This document shows, piece after piece, positions 1 through 10,126 of a stretch of DNA of 64,000 bases. Below the pieces are notes generated by a model. It did no database searches and was not told the origin of the DNA. It saw only the letters and a list, made by a program, of their open reading frames with translations. Made by a program: the position numbers and the translations under genes. This stretch comes from a bacterium (GTDB taxonomy: Bacteria; Joyebacterota; Joyebacteria; Joyebacterales; Joyebacteraceae). Position 1 is the first letter of the stretch, and each line of letters begins with the position of its first letter. Where the stretch lies: positions 148,266 to 212,265 of the forward strand of contig JALGZK010000001.1 of the NCBI GenBank assembly GCA_025774935.1, written 5' to 3'.

Positions 1-725
<725 letters not shown>

Positions 726-842
726 GCGTCGAACGACACCGCGGCCCCCGGTCGCGAGACAGCGAAGCGGACCGTCCCTCGGGACGGTCCGCTTCCTCTT
801 GCAGCGACGTTGGCGCCGGCTCCGAGGGGAGTGACGAGCCGG

Positions 843-1895
843 CTACTTCGGTGCCTTGATCAGGAGCCAGACCCCTATTCCGGCGAAGACGATGTTCCCG
901 GCCCACGCTCCCAGGACAGGCGGAAGGAACCCCTGGCTGCCGAGGACGTCCCCGACCTGAATCAGTCCGAAGTAGATGAACGAGACGGCGAGCGCGGCGG
1001 TGAACGAGATGGCGAACCCGGTCCTCCTCGTCGCGGCGGCGAGCGGGGCCCCGATGAGCGTCATGATGAGCGTCACGAAGGGGAAGGAGATCTTGAGCTG
1101 GAGCTGGACGTCGAGGTCCCGCGGATTGTTGCCGCTCGCGCGCAGCTTCTTTATGTAGCCTCGGAGCTCCGCGTACCCCATCTCCTCCGGCTCAAGACGC
1201 CTCGTGCGGAGATCGTCGGGCGACGGCTCGGTGTAGGGGAGGCGGTACTTCTCGAACGACGTCGCTTCCTCGCCGTCGGGCGTGAAGCGGCGGATTCGTC
1301 CGTTCTCGAGCACCCAGTGCCCGTCCTCCCAGCGCCCTCGCTCGGCGTCGATTCTCATGGTCGGGTTCGACTCGTCGTCGAACTCCTCGACCGTGACCTG
1401 GTCGAGCCTCTTCTTGCCGACGTTGAACCTGCGCGCGAGAAGCATGACGCCGTCCGGGCGGATGTAGATGACGTCGGTCCGCACTGCCCGGTCCGCGCGC
1501 CTCGACAGGTGCGTCTCCTTGATCTCGAGGCGGCGCCTGGTCGCGGGTGGCATGGCGACCTCGCCTATGAAGAGGGACGCCAGGCTCAGTCCGACAGCCA
1601 GGAGGAGCACGGGAGCGAGGATCCGGTAGAGCGAGACCCCGCCGCCCTTCATCGCCATGATCTCGTTGCTCCGCGAGAGACGACCGATGGCGAGGAGGCT
1701 CGCGAGGAGCATCGCGACCGGAGCCGTGAGCACGACGATCCACGGCATGTAGTAGAGGTAGTAGAGGAAGACGATTCCGGGGCCGACCTTGTTGTCGATG
1801 AACTTGTTCGCGTGGTCGAACAGGTCGACGAGTATGAAGATCCCGACGAACGCGATGAAGACGAGGGCCAGCGGTCTGGCGATCTTCCGGAACAT
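843..1895 (-). CDS. lptG: LPS export ABC permease LptG (YjgP/YjgQ family)
   Basis: The 461-aa ORF was trimmed to the internal ATG at 1895 (MFRKIARPLALVFIAFVGIFILV…), a typical N-terminal TM helix of the LptF/G family. It sits 17 nt downstream of the upstream paralog. No SD sequence is seen before this ATG. Confidence 0.8.
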   Translation of the reverse strand: MFRKIARPLALVFIAFVGIFILVDLFDHANKFIDNKVGPGIVFLYYLYYMPWIVVLTAPVAMLLASLLAIGRLSRSNEIMAMKGGGVSLYRILAPVLLLAVGLSLASLFIGEVAMPPATRRRLEIKETHLSRRADRAVRTDVIYIRPDGVMLLARRFNVGKKRLDQVTVEEFDDESNPTMRIDAERGRWEDGHWVLENGRIRRFTPDGEEATSFEKYRLPYTEPSPDDLRTRRLEPEEMGYAELRGYIKKLRASGNNPRDLDVQLQLKISFPFVTLIMTLIGAPLAAATRRTGFAISFTAALAVSFIYFGLIQVGDVLGSQGFLPPVLGAWAGNIVFAGIGVWLLIKAPK

Positions 1896-1912
1896 GTAGG
1901 AGTCGAGGGTGG

Positions 1913-3268
1913 TCACGCGGCCTCCTCGGTTTCTGCAGGTCTCGTCGGAACCCGGAGGAGGAAGTCGAGGACGCGCGTGAGAGGCTGGACGCGCCACTCG
2001 CGGCACGTGGCCAGCGTGAGGAACAGACCGAGGCCCCCGAACAGGACGTTCGGCGCCCACATCGCGAGCGGCGGACTCACGAGTCCGCGGTCGCCGAGCT
2101 GCTCTCCCCCGATGAGGAAGAGGTAGTAGACGAGGAAGAAGAGGATCCCGATCCCGGCGCCCATCCCCACACCGCCTCGCCTGCTTCGGATCCCGAGAGG
2201 CGCGCCAAGGAGCACGAACACGATACACGAGAACGGGATCGAGAACTTCTTGTGGTACTCGACGTTCAGCTGCCGCGTCCGCTTGAGGGCTCCGCGGACC
2301 TGTCGGGCCTCGGACACGATCTCCCGGGTGACGCGTTCCCGTTCCGAGCCGACCGTCGCGCCGTCGGGGAGGCTCCCGGTGCCGTCGGCGAGGTCGAGGA
2401 GGGCCCCCACGAACCCCTGAGCGGCCTCTTTCTGTTTCTCCCTCGATGCCCCGATCTCCACCGTGTGCCGGGCGATGTCCTCCTGAAGCTCCTTCATCGA
2501 CATCTCTCGGTCGCCTCGCCTGGCCCCTTCGCCCCTGACGAAGGCCCCCATCCCGGCGTCGAGGTTGATCACGTGCCTGTCGAATAGCAGTCGGTTATAC
2601 CTCGTCGCATCCTCGGGATCGATCTCGTGTATCTCTCCGTCGAAGAGCTCCATTCTGAGGACGTTCTCCGTCTGGCTGCTCGAGATCACGCCACGCCTGG
2701 CAACGATGGTCTGCAGGGGCTCTCCGCCCTCGATCTTGTGGATCCTCACCTGGAAGATCTCCGACGTCCGGGGATCGAGCTGGTCGACGACGATCGTGTA
2801 GCCTCCGGGAAGCTCCGTGAGGATCCCGGGTTCGATCGTCGCGAGCGGCCTGACCCGGTGGATGTCGACCAGGAGCGTCTTGAGCCGGAAGTTGGCGGCC
2901 GGCAGGACGTGGTTGCCGAAGTAGAAGAGCGCGGCGGTGGCGACCGCTGCGGCGACCATGACCGGGAAGACGAGCGACCAGACGTTGACCCCGTTCGCCT
3001 TCGAGGCGGTGATCTCGTTGTCCCCGGAGAGGCGTCCGAAGGCCGTCAGCACCGCGACCATGACCGCCATCGGGACCGCGAGGACGGTCATCCACGCGAG
3101 GCTCAGGAGGAAGGCTTCGAGCACGGCGATGCCCGGAACGCCCTTCGTGAGAAAGAGGTTCAGGTAGTCGACGATGAAGTCCATAGAGAGTACGAAGTAG
3201 AAGAGAGCGAGGCCGGCGAGGGCCGGCGCGATGTGGGCTTTGAGAACGTATCTCGTCAGTATTCGCAT
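1913..3268 (-). CDS. lptF: LPS export ABC permease LptF (YjgP/YjgQ family)
   Basis: 451-aa ORF with an N-terminal TM and a large periplasmic domain between TM3 and TM4, typical of LptF. It is tandem with lptG. Confidence 0.8.
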   Translation of the reverse strand: MRILTRYVLKAHIAPALAGLALFYFVLSMDFIVDYLNLFLTKGVPGIAVLEAFLLSLAWMTVLAVPMAVMVAVLTAFGRLSGDNEITASKANGVNVWSLVFPVMVAAAVATAALFYFGNHVLPAANFRLKTLLVDIHRVRPLATIEPGILTELPGGYTIVVDQLDPRTSEIFQVRIHKIEGGEPLQTIVARRGVISSSQTENVLRMELFDGEIHEIDPEDATRYNRLLFDRHVINLDAGMGAFVRGEGARRGDREMSMKELQEDIARHTVEIGASREKQKEAAQGFVGALLDLADGTGSLPDGATVGSERERVTREIVSEARQVRGALKRTRQLNVEYHKKFSIPFSCIVFVLLGAPLGIRSRRGGVGMGAGIGILFFLVYYLFLIGGEQLGDRGLVSPPLAMWAPNVLFGGLGLFLTLATCREWRVQPLTRVLDFLLRVPTRPAETEEAA

Positions 3269-3272
3269 GGTC

Positions 3273-3330
3273 GGTGGTCAATCGGGCCGGTGGTCAATCG
3301 GGCCGGTGGTCGAACGGTCCAGTGGTTGAG
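3273..3330. repeat. Tandem 16-bp direct repeats (GGTGGTCAATCGGGCC x2 perfect, a third degenerate copy and a partial fourth) abutting the lptF start codon
   Basis: Read directly: 3273-3288 and 3289-3304 are identical. 3305-3320 (GGTGGTCGAACGGTCC) differs at 4 positions. 3321-3330 is a further decayed partial copy. Confidence 0.6.
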
Positions 3331-3495
3331 AAGCCGACCTGGGCTCCAGTATTCACCGCTCGGGGAGAGAGAGGGCGAGCGGACCCGAGCCGAGCCCGAC
3401 GGGTGAAGGCACGGGCAGACGGCGTGGCGTGAGAACAACGTATACAATCAAACCTCCGGGACCCGCAACAGCATTGTGGGTGAGGCCGCCGCATC

Positions 3496-3524
3496 TTGAC
3501 ACCGCGCTCCGGCGCTGGTACATT
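3496..3524 (+). promoter_or_regulatory. sigma70-like promoter (TTGACA-17-TACATT) upstream of the giant OMP gene
   Basis: -35 TTGACA at 3496-3501, a 17-nt spacer, -10 TACATT at 3519-3524. This implies a 5' UTR of about 180 nt. Confidence 0.45.
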
Positions 3525-3712
3525 GCCGACGGCCGCGCCCCTTCCAGGAAGGCCAGCGGAGGGGTCCGGAGGGGTGTACAGCTCGAACCGCCGAGACGCG
3601 TCGTCCGTCGCGGCGGCCGTTCCGGATCGCCGACCGCCCCGACCCGGCCGCCTTCGAGAGACCCCCGGACTCGGGAGACGCATCACCAAACGCGCGCACG
3701 CGGAGCCGTACC

Positions 3713-6700
3713 ATGCGTGTAGATCGCACGCCGCGGACCATACTCGTCGCCGGGGCCGCCACGGTCGCGGCGCTCCTGTCCGTGGTGGCGCTGCCTCTAC
3801 CGCTCCACACGCAGGAGGCCGAGGGACCGCCGGAGGGAGCACCCGCCGACACCGTGGCTGAGCAGCCGCCGACGCCCGCTGCCGAGGTCGTCGTGGAGCC
3901 ACTCGCCGGGCCCGAAGGGGCCGCTCCGGACGGGCCGCCGGCGCTTCCCGACGCGACGGGGGTCGAGAGCGCCCCGCCTGAGGCAGCGGCGGGCGCGGCC
4001 GCCGACTCGCTCCACGAGTTCGCGCTGCCCAACTCGCTGGCGCTTGAGTTTGCGCCCCCCGACACCTTCATCGGCCCGCCGACCGACATGTACGAGGCCG
4101 CGCTCGGGCCCGACCTTCCTCCGGTCGATCCGTACGCGCTCGGCGTGGCGCTTCCCCACACGGTACCCCCCTTCGTGAGACCGTGGGACCTCTCGGCCAT
4201 CCGTGGCCGCAGGGGCCTCGACGTCGTGGCGCCGGAGGTGATCATGTCTCCCGTCGCCGGGACGCCATTCACCCGCGAACTCGTCGTCGACCGCGAGCGC
4301 GACTCGATCGTGCTCGTGACGCGCGCGGGCGACTCGTTCAAGCGCGTGAGCTACGCGGCCCCGCTCTCCGAGTTCATGCGCCACGGCGGGGGGGAGAGGG
4401 TCGAGGACACCTGGATCACGACGTCGCAGTACGAGCTCGGCAAGGGCGTCGAGTCCGGACCGGGGGGACTGCTCGACATCGACATCCCGATGCCCCTCGG
4501 CGCAGGAGCGAACCTGAGGGTGCGCGGGAGCGAGCGGATCACGTTCGGCGGACAGACGAGCTACGTGGTCGAGGCGCTCGACTCGGAGGGCGGCGCTCCG
4601 TCGCGGTTCCCGCAGCTCGACATGGAGCAGCAGCTCACGGTGAACCTCGAGGGGACGATCGGCAACAAGATCCACGTGTACGTCGACCACAGGAGCGGCG
4701 GCGACACGTTCGGGACCGGAAAGGCGAACGAGATCCGTGTTCACTACGAGGGCGAGGAGGACGAGATCGTCCAGAGGATCGAGCTTGGCGAGGTGAACCT
4801 GTCTCTTCCGGGGACCGAGTTCGTGAGCTACAGCGGTCACGCGCAGGGGTTGTTCGGGGCCAAGATGCTCGCGAAGCTCGGGAAGCTCGACGTGACAGCG
4901 ATCGCGAGTAAGGAGGAAGGAAAGACGTCCGGCGCGAGTTTCACGGGGACGTCGCAGGCCGACTCGCTCGTGATCAAGGACATCCAGTACAAGGCCGGCA
5001 CCTTCTTCGCGGTCGACAGCCCGTCGCTCAAGTACGCCGACCGGGCCGTCGAGAACATCTCTGTCTACATCGATGACTTGAACGGCGCGAACGACGTCGA
5101 GACGGGTGCGCAGGTCGGAGTCGTGTACCTCGTTGAGGAGGAGGGCACGATCGATCCCGGCGACACGACCGCGGTGAAGCAGATCGGCCGGTTCGACGAG
5201 CTCGTGGCGCTCGAGGACTACCTCTTCGACAACCAGAGCGGAGTGCTCGAGTTCCTCTTCCCGATCCCGGACGGCCACGTTCTGGCGGTGAGTTACAATC
5301 GCTTCGACCCGTACTCCGTGGGCGGCGCCGACGGTGACACCCTGCGCCTCAAGATGATCAAGAAGGACGGCCGAGTCCTCGGGAGCCCCTGGGAGCCGAC
5401 GAGGCGGTTCCAGCTCAGGCACGTGTACGACTTGGGCGCCGACAACATCCCCGAAGAGGGATTCGCGCTCACCATCCGCAAGAAGAGCGCGTCGGGAGAG
5501 GACCCGGACGTGGAGAACGGCGTCCCGTACGTCGAAATCCTCGGACTCGACACGGAGGGCGCCGGAGGCGATCCGACGCCGGACGGCGCGGTTGACCCCC
5601 AGTGGCTCGATCTGGAGAAGGGCTACCTCTACTACCCGTACTACACACCGTACTGCCCCGGCTGGGACACAACGGGCTTCTACTACGATCCGGGGAACCC
5701 GCCGCCTCCCGAGTTCGTCGCGGAGGAACTCGAGGAGTACAACTGCGCGGTCTACAACAACGAGGTCTTCCAGGCTGGCGACGACCTCTACTACATGGTC
5801 GTCAAGTACAGCAGGCCCCAGACGACGTTCTACCTGGGACAGATCAACATCATCGAGAACAGCGAGATCGTACGGCTGAACGGCGTCCCGCTCACGCGTG
5901 GGACCGACTACACGATCTACTATCCGGCCGGGCAGCTCACGCTCCTGAACGAAGAGGCGAAGGAACCCGAGGCGAAGGTCACCGTCGAGTTCGACTACAA
6001 GCCGTTCGGGATCGCGGGGGAGAAGACGCTTCTCGGAGGCCGCGGCGTCTACCGCTGGAGCGAGAACGTCGAGCTCGGGACGACCTGGATGTACCAGAGC
6101 AAGGGGACGCCGGACGACCGTCCCCGGCTCGGCGAAGAGCCGACCAGGAACGTCGTGGGAGACGTGAACCTCTCGGCGGACTTCGCCCCGTACTGGATGA
6201 CGGCGGCGGCCGACGCGGTTCCCCTCGTCGACACGGACGTGCTCTCGCGCCTCAGGATCGCCGGCGAGGCCGCCGTCAGCATCCCGGAGCCGAACACGAA
6301 GGGCTTCGTCTCGATCGACGACATGGAGGGTGTCGATCAGACGAACATGCTCGGCGTGCAGCGCCGCCTGTGGTCGTTCGCGAGCGCACCGGAAGAGCTC
6401 GGAGTAGAGATCACGGACCGAATGCCCATCGACTGGTACAACCCGGACCGCAAGGTCCGGGAGGGCGACCTCCACCCGAACCTCCCCACGAGCGAGGCCA
6501 ACGAGACGCACACGGTGCTCGAGATCGACTACGACGCCGCGAACTCGGCCTCGTGGGCCGGACTGATGCGGCTCATCTCCAAGCTGGGAAGCGACTACTC
6601 GAGGGACACGTACTTCGAGATGTGGGTCAACGACGACGGGCATCGTCAGGGCAAGATCCACATGGACCTCGGCACGATCAGCGAGGACTATTACCCGCTC

Positions 6701-9700
6701 GACCCCGCGATCGGTCCGAACGGAGAGCTGGACACCGAGGACGTCGACATCCCGCCGAACGGGTACGACGCCGACGAGGACACGGGCCTCGACAACGTGT
6801 GGGGAGCCGACGGCGACAACGTGCCCGGCGACGACGGGGACGACGACTACGCGTTCAGCTTCGGCTCGGACGACTACAGTCAGATCAACGGCACGGAGGG
6901 CAACGAGAGGTTCGACACTGAGGACCTGAACGGGAACACGTACCTCGACGTAGAGAACCGCTACTGGGAGCTCGTCATCGATCTCTCGGACACGACGTAC
7001 CTCATGCAGGACAACAGCGACCCGGATCAGGTCCCCGATCCCGAGAAGCGAACGGACTGGCGCCTGTACCGCATCCCGCTCTCCCACGCGACGTCGGTCG
7101 GGGGCGTGCTGGACTGGACAGTGATCAAGTCCGCCAGGCTCTGGGTGGAGGACCTCACGGTCGGCGCCGAGCCCCTCATGATCGGATCGCTCGACATCAA
7201 GGGCAACACGTGGGAGCGGCAGGCCGTGAGGGACGAGGAAGGGAATCCGGTTCCGGAAGAGGAGCTGGGCGATCTCGAGTTCATCGTGGGAGCGGTGAAC
7301 ACGAAGGAGGATCCCGAGTACGCCAACGACCCGCCGTTCCCCCCGGGGATCGACTCGGAGACGAACCTGCCGGAGCGCGAGCAGTCGCTGTCCCTGAACT
7401 TCCTGAACCTACCGGGCGAGTGGAACGTCTCCGCGAAGAACGCCTTCTTCTCCGAGGAGGACTACACGCGTTACGAGACCCTCGAGTTCTACGTGCACGG
7501 TGACGACGACGTGGCAGACGGGACGCGGTTCTTCCTGCGCCTCGGGGCGGACAGTCTGAACTTCTACGAGTACAGCCTCGAGCTTAGAGAAGGTTGGCGT
7601 CAGGACCTGGGAAGCGCGTCGAACAGACTGGCCGTCGCGTTCAAGTCGTTCACCGACCTCAAGCTCGATCCGTACGCCGACCAGGACACGGTGGCCGTCT
7701 GGGGTGACACGACGCGTGTGAAGGGCGAGCTCTTCAGGCGAGTCGGCTGGCCGTCGCTCTCGAGGATCAGCGCGCTTGCGGTCGGAGTGAGGAACGACAG
7801 CGAGGACTTCGTGGGGAACGAGATTTCCGGCTCGGTCTGGGTCGACGAGCTCCTGCTCACGGACGTGCGGAAGGAGATCGGCTGGGCGGAGCGTGTGACG
7901 ATCAACTCGAAGTTCGCAGACCTCGCGGTGATCGACTTCGACTTCAGGCACGTCGACGAGAACTTCCACACCCTGAAGCAGACGCGGGGATCCGGTTCGG
8001 ACAACGTCGTCTACAACCTCACCGGCACGCTCAACTCGGACAAGTTCGTGGGGGGCATGGGGCTCTCCGCGCCCCTGAACTTCACGTGGAAGAAGACGCA
8101 AAGTCGACCGGAGTTCTCGACTGGGTCGGACATCGTCCTTGATGCGGAAGAGAGCGAGGAGGAGAAGACCGTCTCGCGTGAGCGGACGCTCGCCGCGTCT
8201 CTCGCAAGGAGGAGACAGTCGCAGAACTTCTGGACACACCTGTTCATCGACGGCCTCGCGCTCAGAGCGTCCGTCTCCGACAACGTGCGGCAGTCGCCGA
8301 CCAGGATCGACACGTCGAGCACGATCCGCGGCAGAATCGCCTACAAGTACCAGCCCGAGAGGTCCCCGATCAGGCTCTTCGGCAACACGGACCTCTTCGT
8401 GAAGCCCACGAGTCTGCGGTTCCTCGTGGAGACGCACCTGATCCACAACAAGAGCTACGACGTCGCGGCCGACGGACTGGTCACGCGCAGGGTGAACACG
8501 CACGACAACAAGCTGAACGCGGACGGGAACATCGACTTCCAGTTCCTGGACAACCTCCGGACGACGCACGGCGTGTCCTCGAGGCGCGACCTGACTCGGC
8601 CGATCAAGGAGATCGGCGATGTCACGGTGGGACTCAACATGGGCTCGGAGACCGAGCGCCGATACGCCAACAGCCTCAACTTCAACCCGAAGTTCGGCCA
8701 GTGGTTCGCGCCGCAGTACAGCTTCTCCTCGAACTACACGGACAGCCACGGCCCGGAGATCAGGCGGCCGGGAGATCCCGCGAAGGTGCACAACATCCGG
8801 TCGCAGACGAACCAGGAGCTGCGTGCGAGCTTCGACCTGAAGAAGCTGCTCGGTCCCGGCCCCGCTGCGATGCCGTCGCGACCGCCTCCGCGCGAGCGGC
8901 AGCCCTCGAGGACGGGCACGAGCGGGAGCACGGGACGCGAGAGTCCCGACTCGGGATCGGTCGGAGCGGCGGGCGGCCGCGAAGCGCCGGAAGGGACGCC
9001 CGGCGCCTCCGGGGCTCCGGAGCCCGGGAGAAGCGAGGGGACGGGAGAGGAAGATGCCGGAGAGGGCCGCCAGGGGCAGGAGGGCGCCGAGGGCCAGGAG
9101 GGCGAGGCGGGAGACCAGACGGGAGAGCAGGAGGGGGAGCAGGAAGGGGAGCAGGAGGAGCCGCCGGGTGAGGGGCCCGGACTGGGCGACGTCGTGCGTC
9201 CCATTGTCACGTTCCTGCGTGAGATGGACGCGATCGACGGGAGAATCGGTCTGAGGTGGGACTCGAGGTACGACCGCGTCCCGCACGAGGACGTTCCGGA
9301 CTGGAAGTACAAGCTCGGGCTAGACAGGGGCCGCGACGCGGACGACCGGACCGAGGAGACGACCTTCGACCTCGGAACGGGATTCAAGTTCACGAACCAG
9401 ATCCGTCTGAAGGGGGACTTCAAGCGAACGCACTCGGGCAGATGGTACAAGAGCGTGGTGTCCGACACGATCTTCATCATCAGCCAGACAAAGTCGATGA
9501 ACGAGACCACGAAGGGGACGTTCTCGTGGAACGCGCTCGAGAAGATCGGACCGCTTTCGGGAGTGTTCCAGAGCGTGCGCGCGCGGAGCGGGATCGAGTA
9601 CCGCCGGTCTTACTCCGGACCGGTGGGGACGCCGACCTCCGAGGGGAGCGCGCTCCTGTTCAACCCGATCGTCTCGGTCGACACGAAGTTCAAGAACGGC

Positions 9701-10126
9701 CTGAGCGCGAACCTCGCCTGGGACAGGAAACGCACGCTGTCACACAGCCTGACGGGAGCGGGCTCCGTGACCGAGGACAAGACGTCGTCGTTGAGCCTGA
9801 CGCTCAACTACAGGTTCTCAGCGCCTCAGGGACTCAAGCTCCCGTTCTTTGGCCAGAGCGTGAAGTTCACGAGCAACCTCGACACGGCACTCACGTTCCG
9901 GACGGGCTCGAAGGAGACGCGGACGGCTCAGGACGAGTCGAGTCTGTCGCAGGTCGACCCGACGTCATCGACGAGGGACATCTCCGTCGTCGCGGACGCG
10001 ACTTACAGCTTCTCCCGGAACGTGTCCGGAGGACTTCAGGTCAACTTCTCGCAGAGCCGGGACGTCAAGCGGGAGCAGACCCGGCGGACAATCGGCATGC
10101 ACGTGACAGCGGAGTTCAAGTTCTAA
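3713..10126 (+). CDS. sprA: Giant (2137 aa) secreted outer-membrane beta-barrel protein, SprA/Sov-like T9SS translocon candidate
   Basis: Uninterrupted 6.4-kb ORF with an N-terminal signal peptide (MRVDRTPRTILVAGAATVAALLSVVALPL) and a C-terminal aromatic OMP signature (…VTAEFKF-COOH). Its size class matches SprA. A cargo gene with the T9SS C-terminal sorting-domain signature is present in the window (29662-31668). The ORF itself is near-certain; the SprA assignment is inference without HMM search. Confidence 0.6.
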   Translation: MRVDRTPRTILVAGAATVAALLSVVALPLPLHTQEAEGPPEGAPADTVAEQPPTPAAEVVVEPLAGPEGAAPDGPPALPDATGVESAPPEAAAGAAADSLHEFALPNSLALEFAPPDTFIGPPTDMYEAALGPDLPPVDPYALGVALPHTVPPFVRPWDLSAIRGRRGLDVVAPEVIMSPVAGTPFTRELVVDRERDSIVLVTRAGDSFKRVSYAAPLSEFMRHGGGERVEDTWITTSQYELGKGVESGPGGLLDIDIPMPLGAGANLRVRGSERITFGGQTSYVVEALDSEGGAPSRFPQLDMEQQLTVNLEGTIGNKIHVYVDHRSGGDTFGTGKANEIRVHYEGEEDEIVQRIELGEVNLSLPGTEFVSYSGHAQGLFGAKMLAKLGKLDVTAIASKEEGKTSGASFTGTSQADSLVIKDIQYKAGTFFAVDSPSLKYADRAVENISVYIDDLNGANDVETGAQVGVVYLVEEEGTIDPGDTTAVKQIGRFDELVALEDYLFDNQSGVLEFLFPIPDGHVLAVSYNRFDPYSVGGADGDTLRLKMIKKDGRVLGSPWEPTRRFQLRHVYDLGADNIPEEGFALTIRKKSASGEDPDVENGVPYVEILGLDTEGAGGDPTPDGAVDPQWLDLEKGYLYYPYYTPYCPGWDTTGFYYDPGNPPPPEFVAEELEEYNCAVYNNEVFQAGDDLYYMVVKYSRPQTTFYLGQINIIENSEIVRLNGVPLTRGTDYTIYYPAGQLTLLNEEAKEPEAKVTVEFDYKPFGIAGEKTLLGGRGVYRWSENVELGTTWMYQSKGTPDDRPRLGEEPTRNVVGDVNLSADFAPYWMTAAADAVPLVDTDVLSRLRIAGEAAVSIPEPNTKGFVSIDDMEGVDQTNMLGVQRRLWSFASAPEELGVEITDRMPIDWYNPDRKVREGDLHPNLPTSEANETHTVLEIDYDAANSASWAGLMRLISKLGSDYSRDTYFEMWVNDDGHRQGKIHMDLGTISEDYYPLDPAIGPNGELDTEDVDIPPNGYDADEDTGLDNVWGADGDNVPGDDGDDDYAFSFGSDDYSQINGTEGNERFDTEDLNGNTYLDVENRYWELVIDLSDTTYLMQDNSDPDQVPDPEKRTDWRLYRIPLSHATSVGGVLDWTVIKSARLWVEDLTVGAEPLMIGSLDIKGNTWERQAVRDEEGNPVPEEELGDLEFIVGAVNTKEDPEYANDPPFPPGIDSETNLPEREQSLSLNFLNLPGEWNVSAKNAFFSEEDYTRYETLEFYVHGDDDVADGTRFFLRLGADSLNFYEYSLELREGWRQDLGSASNRLAVAFKSFTDLKLDPYADQDTVAVWGDTTRVKGELFRRVGWPSLSRISALAVGVRNDSEDFVGNEISGSVWVDELLLTDVRKEIGWAERVTINSKFADLAVIDFDFRHVDENFHTLKQTRGSGSDNVVYNLTGTLNSDKFVGGMGLSAPLNFTWKKTQSRPEFSTGSDIVLDAEESEEEKTVSRERTLAASLARRRQSQNFWTHLFIDGLALRASVSDNVRQSPTRIDTSSTIRGRIAYKYQPERSPIRLFGNTDLFVKPTSLRFLVETHLIHNKSYDVAADGLVTRRVNTHDNKLNADGNIDFQFLDNLRTTHGVSSRRDLTRPIKEIGDVTVGLNMGSETERRYANSLNFNPKFGQWFAPQYSFSSNYTDSHGPEIRRPGDPAKVHNIRSQTNQELRASFDLKKLLGPGPAAMPSRPPPRERQPSRTGTSGSTGRESPDSGSVGAAGGREAPEGTPGASGAPEPGRSEGTGEEDAGEGRQGQEGAEGQEGEAGDQTGEQEGEQEGEQEEPPGEGPGLGDVVRPIVTFLREMDAIDGRIGLRWDSRYDRVPHEDVPDWKYKLGLDRGRDADDRTEETTFDLGTGFKFTNQIRLKGDFKRTHSGRWYKSVVSDTIFIISQTKSMNETTKGTFSWNALEKIGPLSGVFQSVRARSGIEYRRSYSGPVGTPTSEGSALLFNPIVSVDTKFKNGLSANLAWDRKRTLSHSLTGAGSVTEDKTSSLSLTLNYRFSAPQGLKLPFFGQSVKFTSNLDTALTFRTGSKETRTAQDESSLSQVDPTSSTRDISVVADATYSFSRNVSGGLQVNFSQSRDVKREQTRRTIGMHVTAEFKF

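Noticed and set aside
3273-3330. Tandem 16-bp repeats considered as a CRISPR array
   Set aside because: There are only 3 to 4 units, they are directly adjacent with no spacers, they decay progressively, and no cas genes are nearby. This is not CRISPR.
3448-4341. 297-aa minus-strand ORF in the sprA leader/N-terminal region, and the 202-aa ORF at 3294-3902
   Set aside because: Low-complexity Ser/Ala/Gly/Arg translation antisense to the signal-peptide region of the giant ORF and to its promoter. No support for these as genes.
3797-7087. Very long antisense ORFs (e.g. 3797-7087, 7409-9286, 14245-16104, 17094-18968, 20487-21695, 26362-27498, 32794-34902, 34862-36568, 46924-48057, 54862-57672, 60467-61837, 61857-63740) overlapping the genes called above
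   Set aside because: In a genome with ~70% GC, stop codons are rare on the antisense strand of real genes. These ORFs have Arg/Pro/Gly/Asp-rich low-complexity translations, no motifs and no start context. In every case they are fully overlapped by a well-supported conserved gene.
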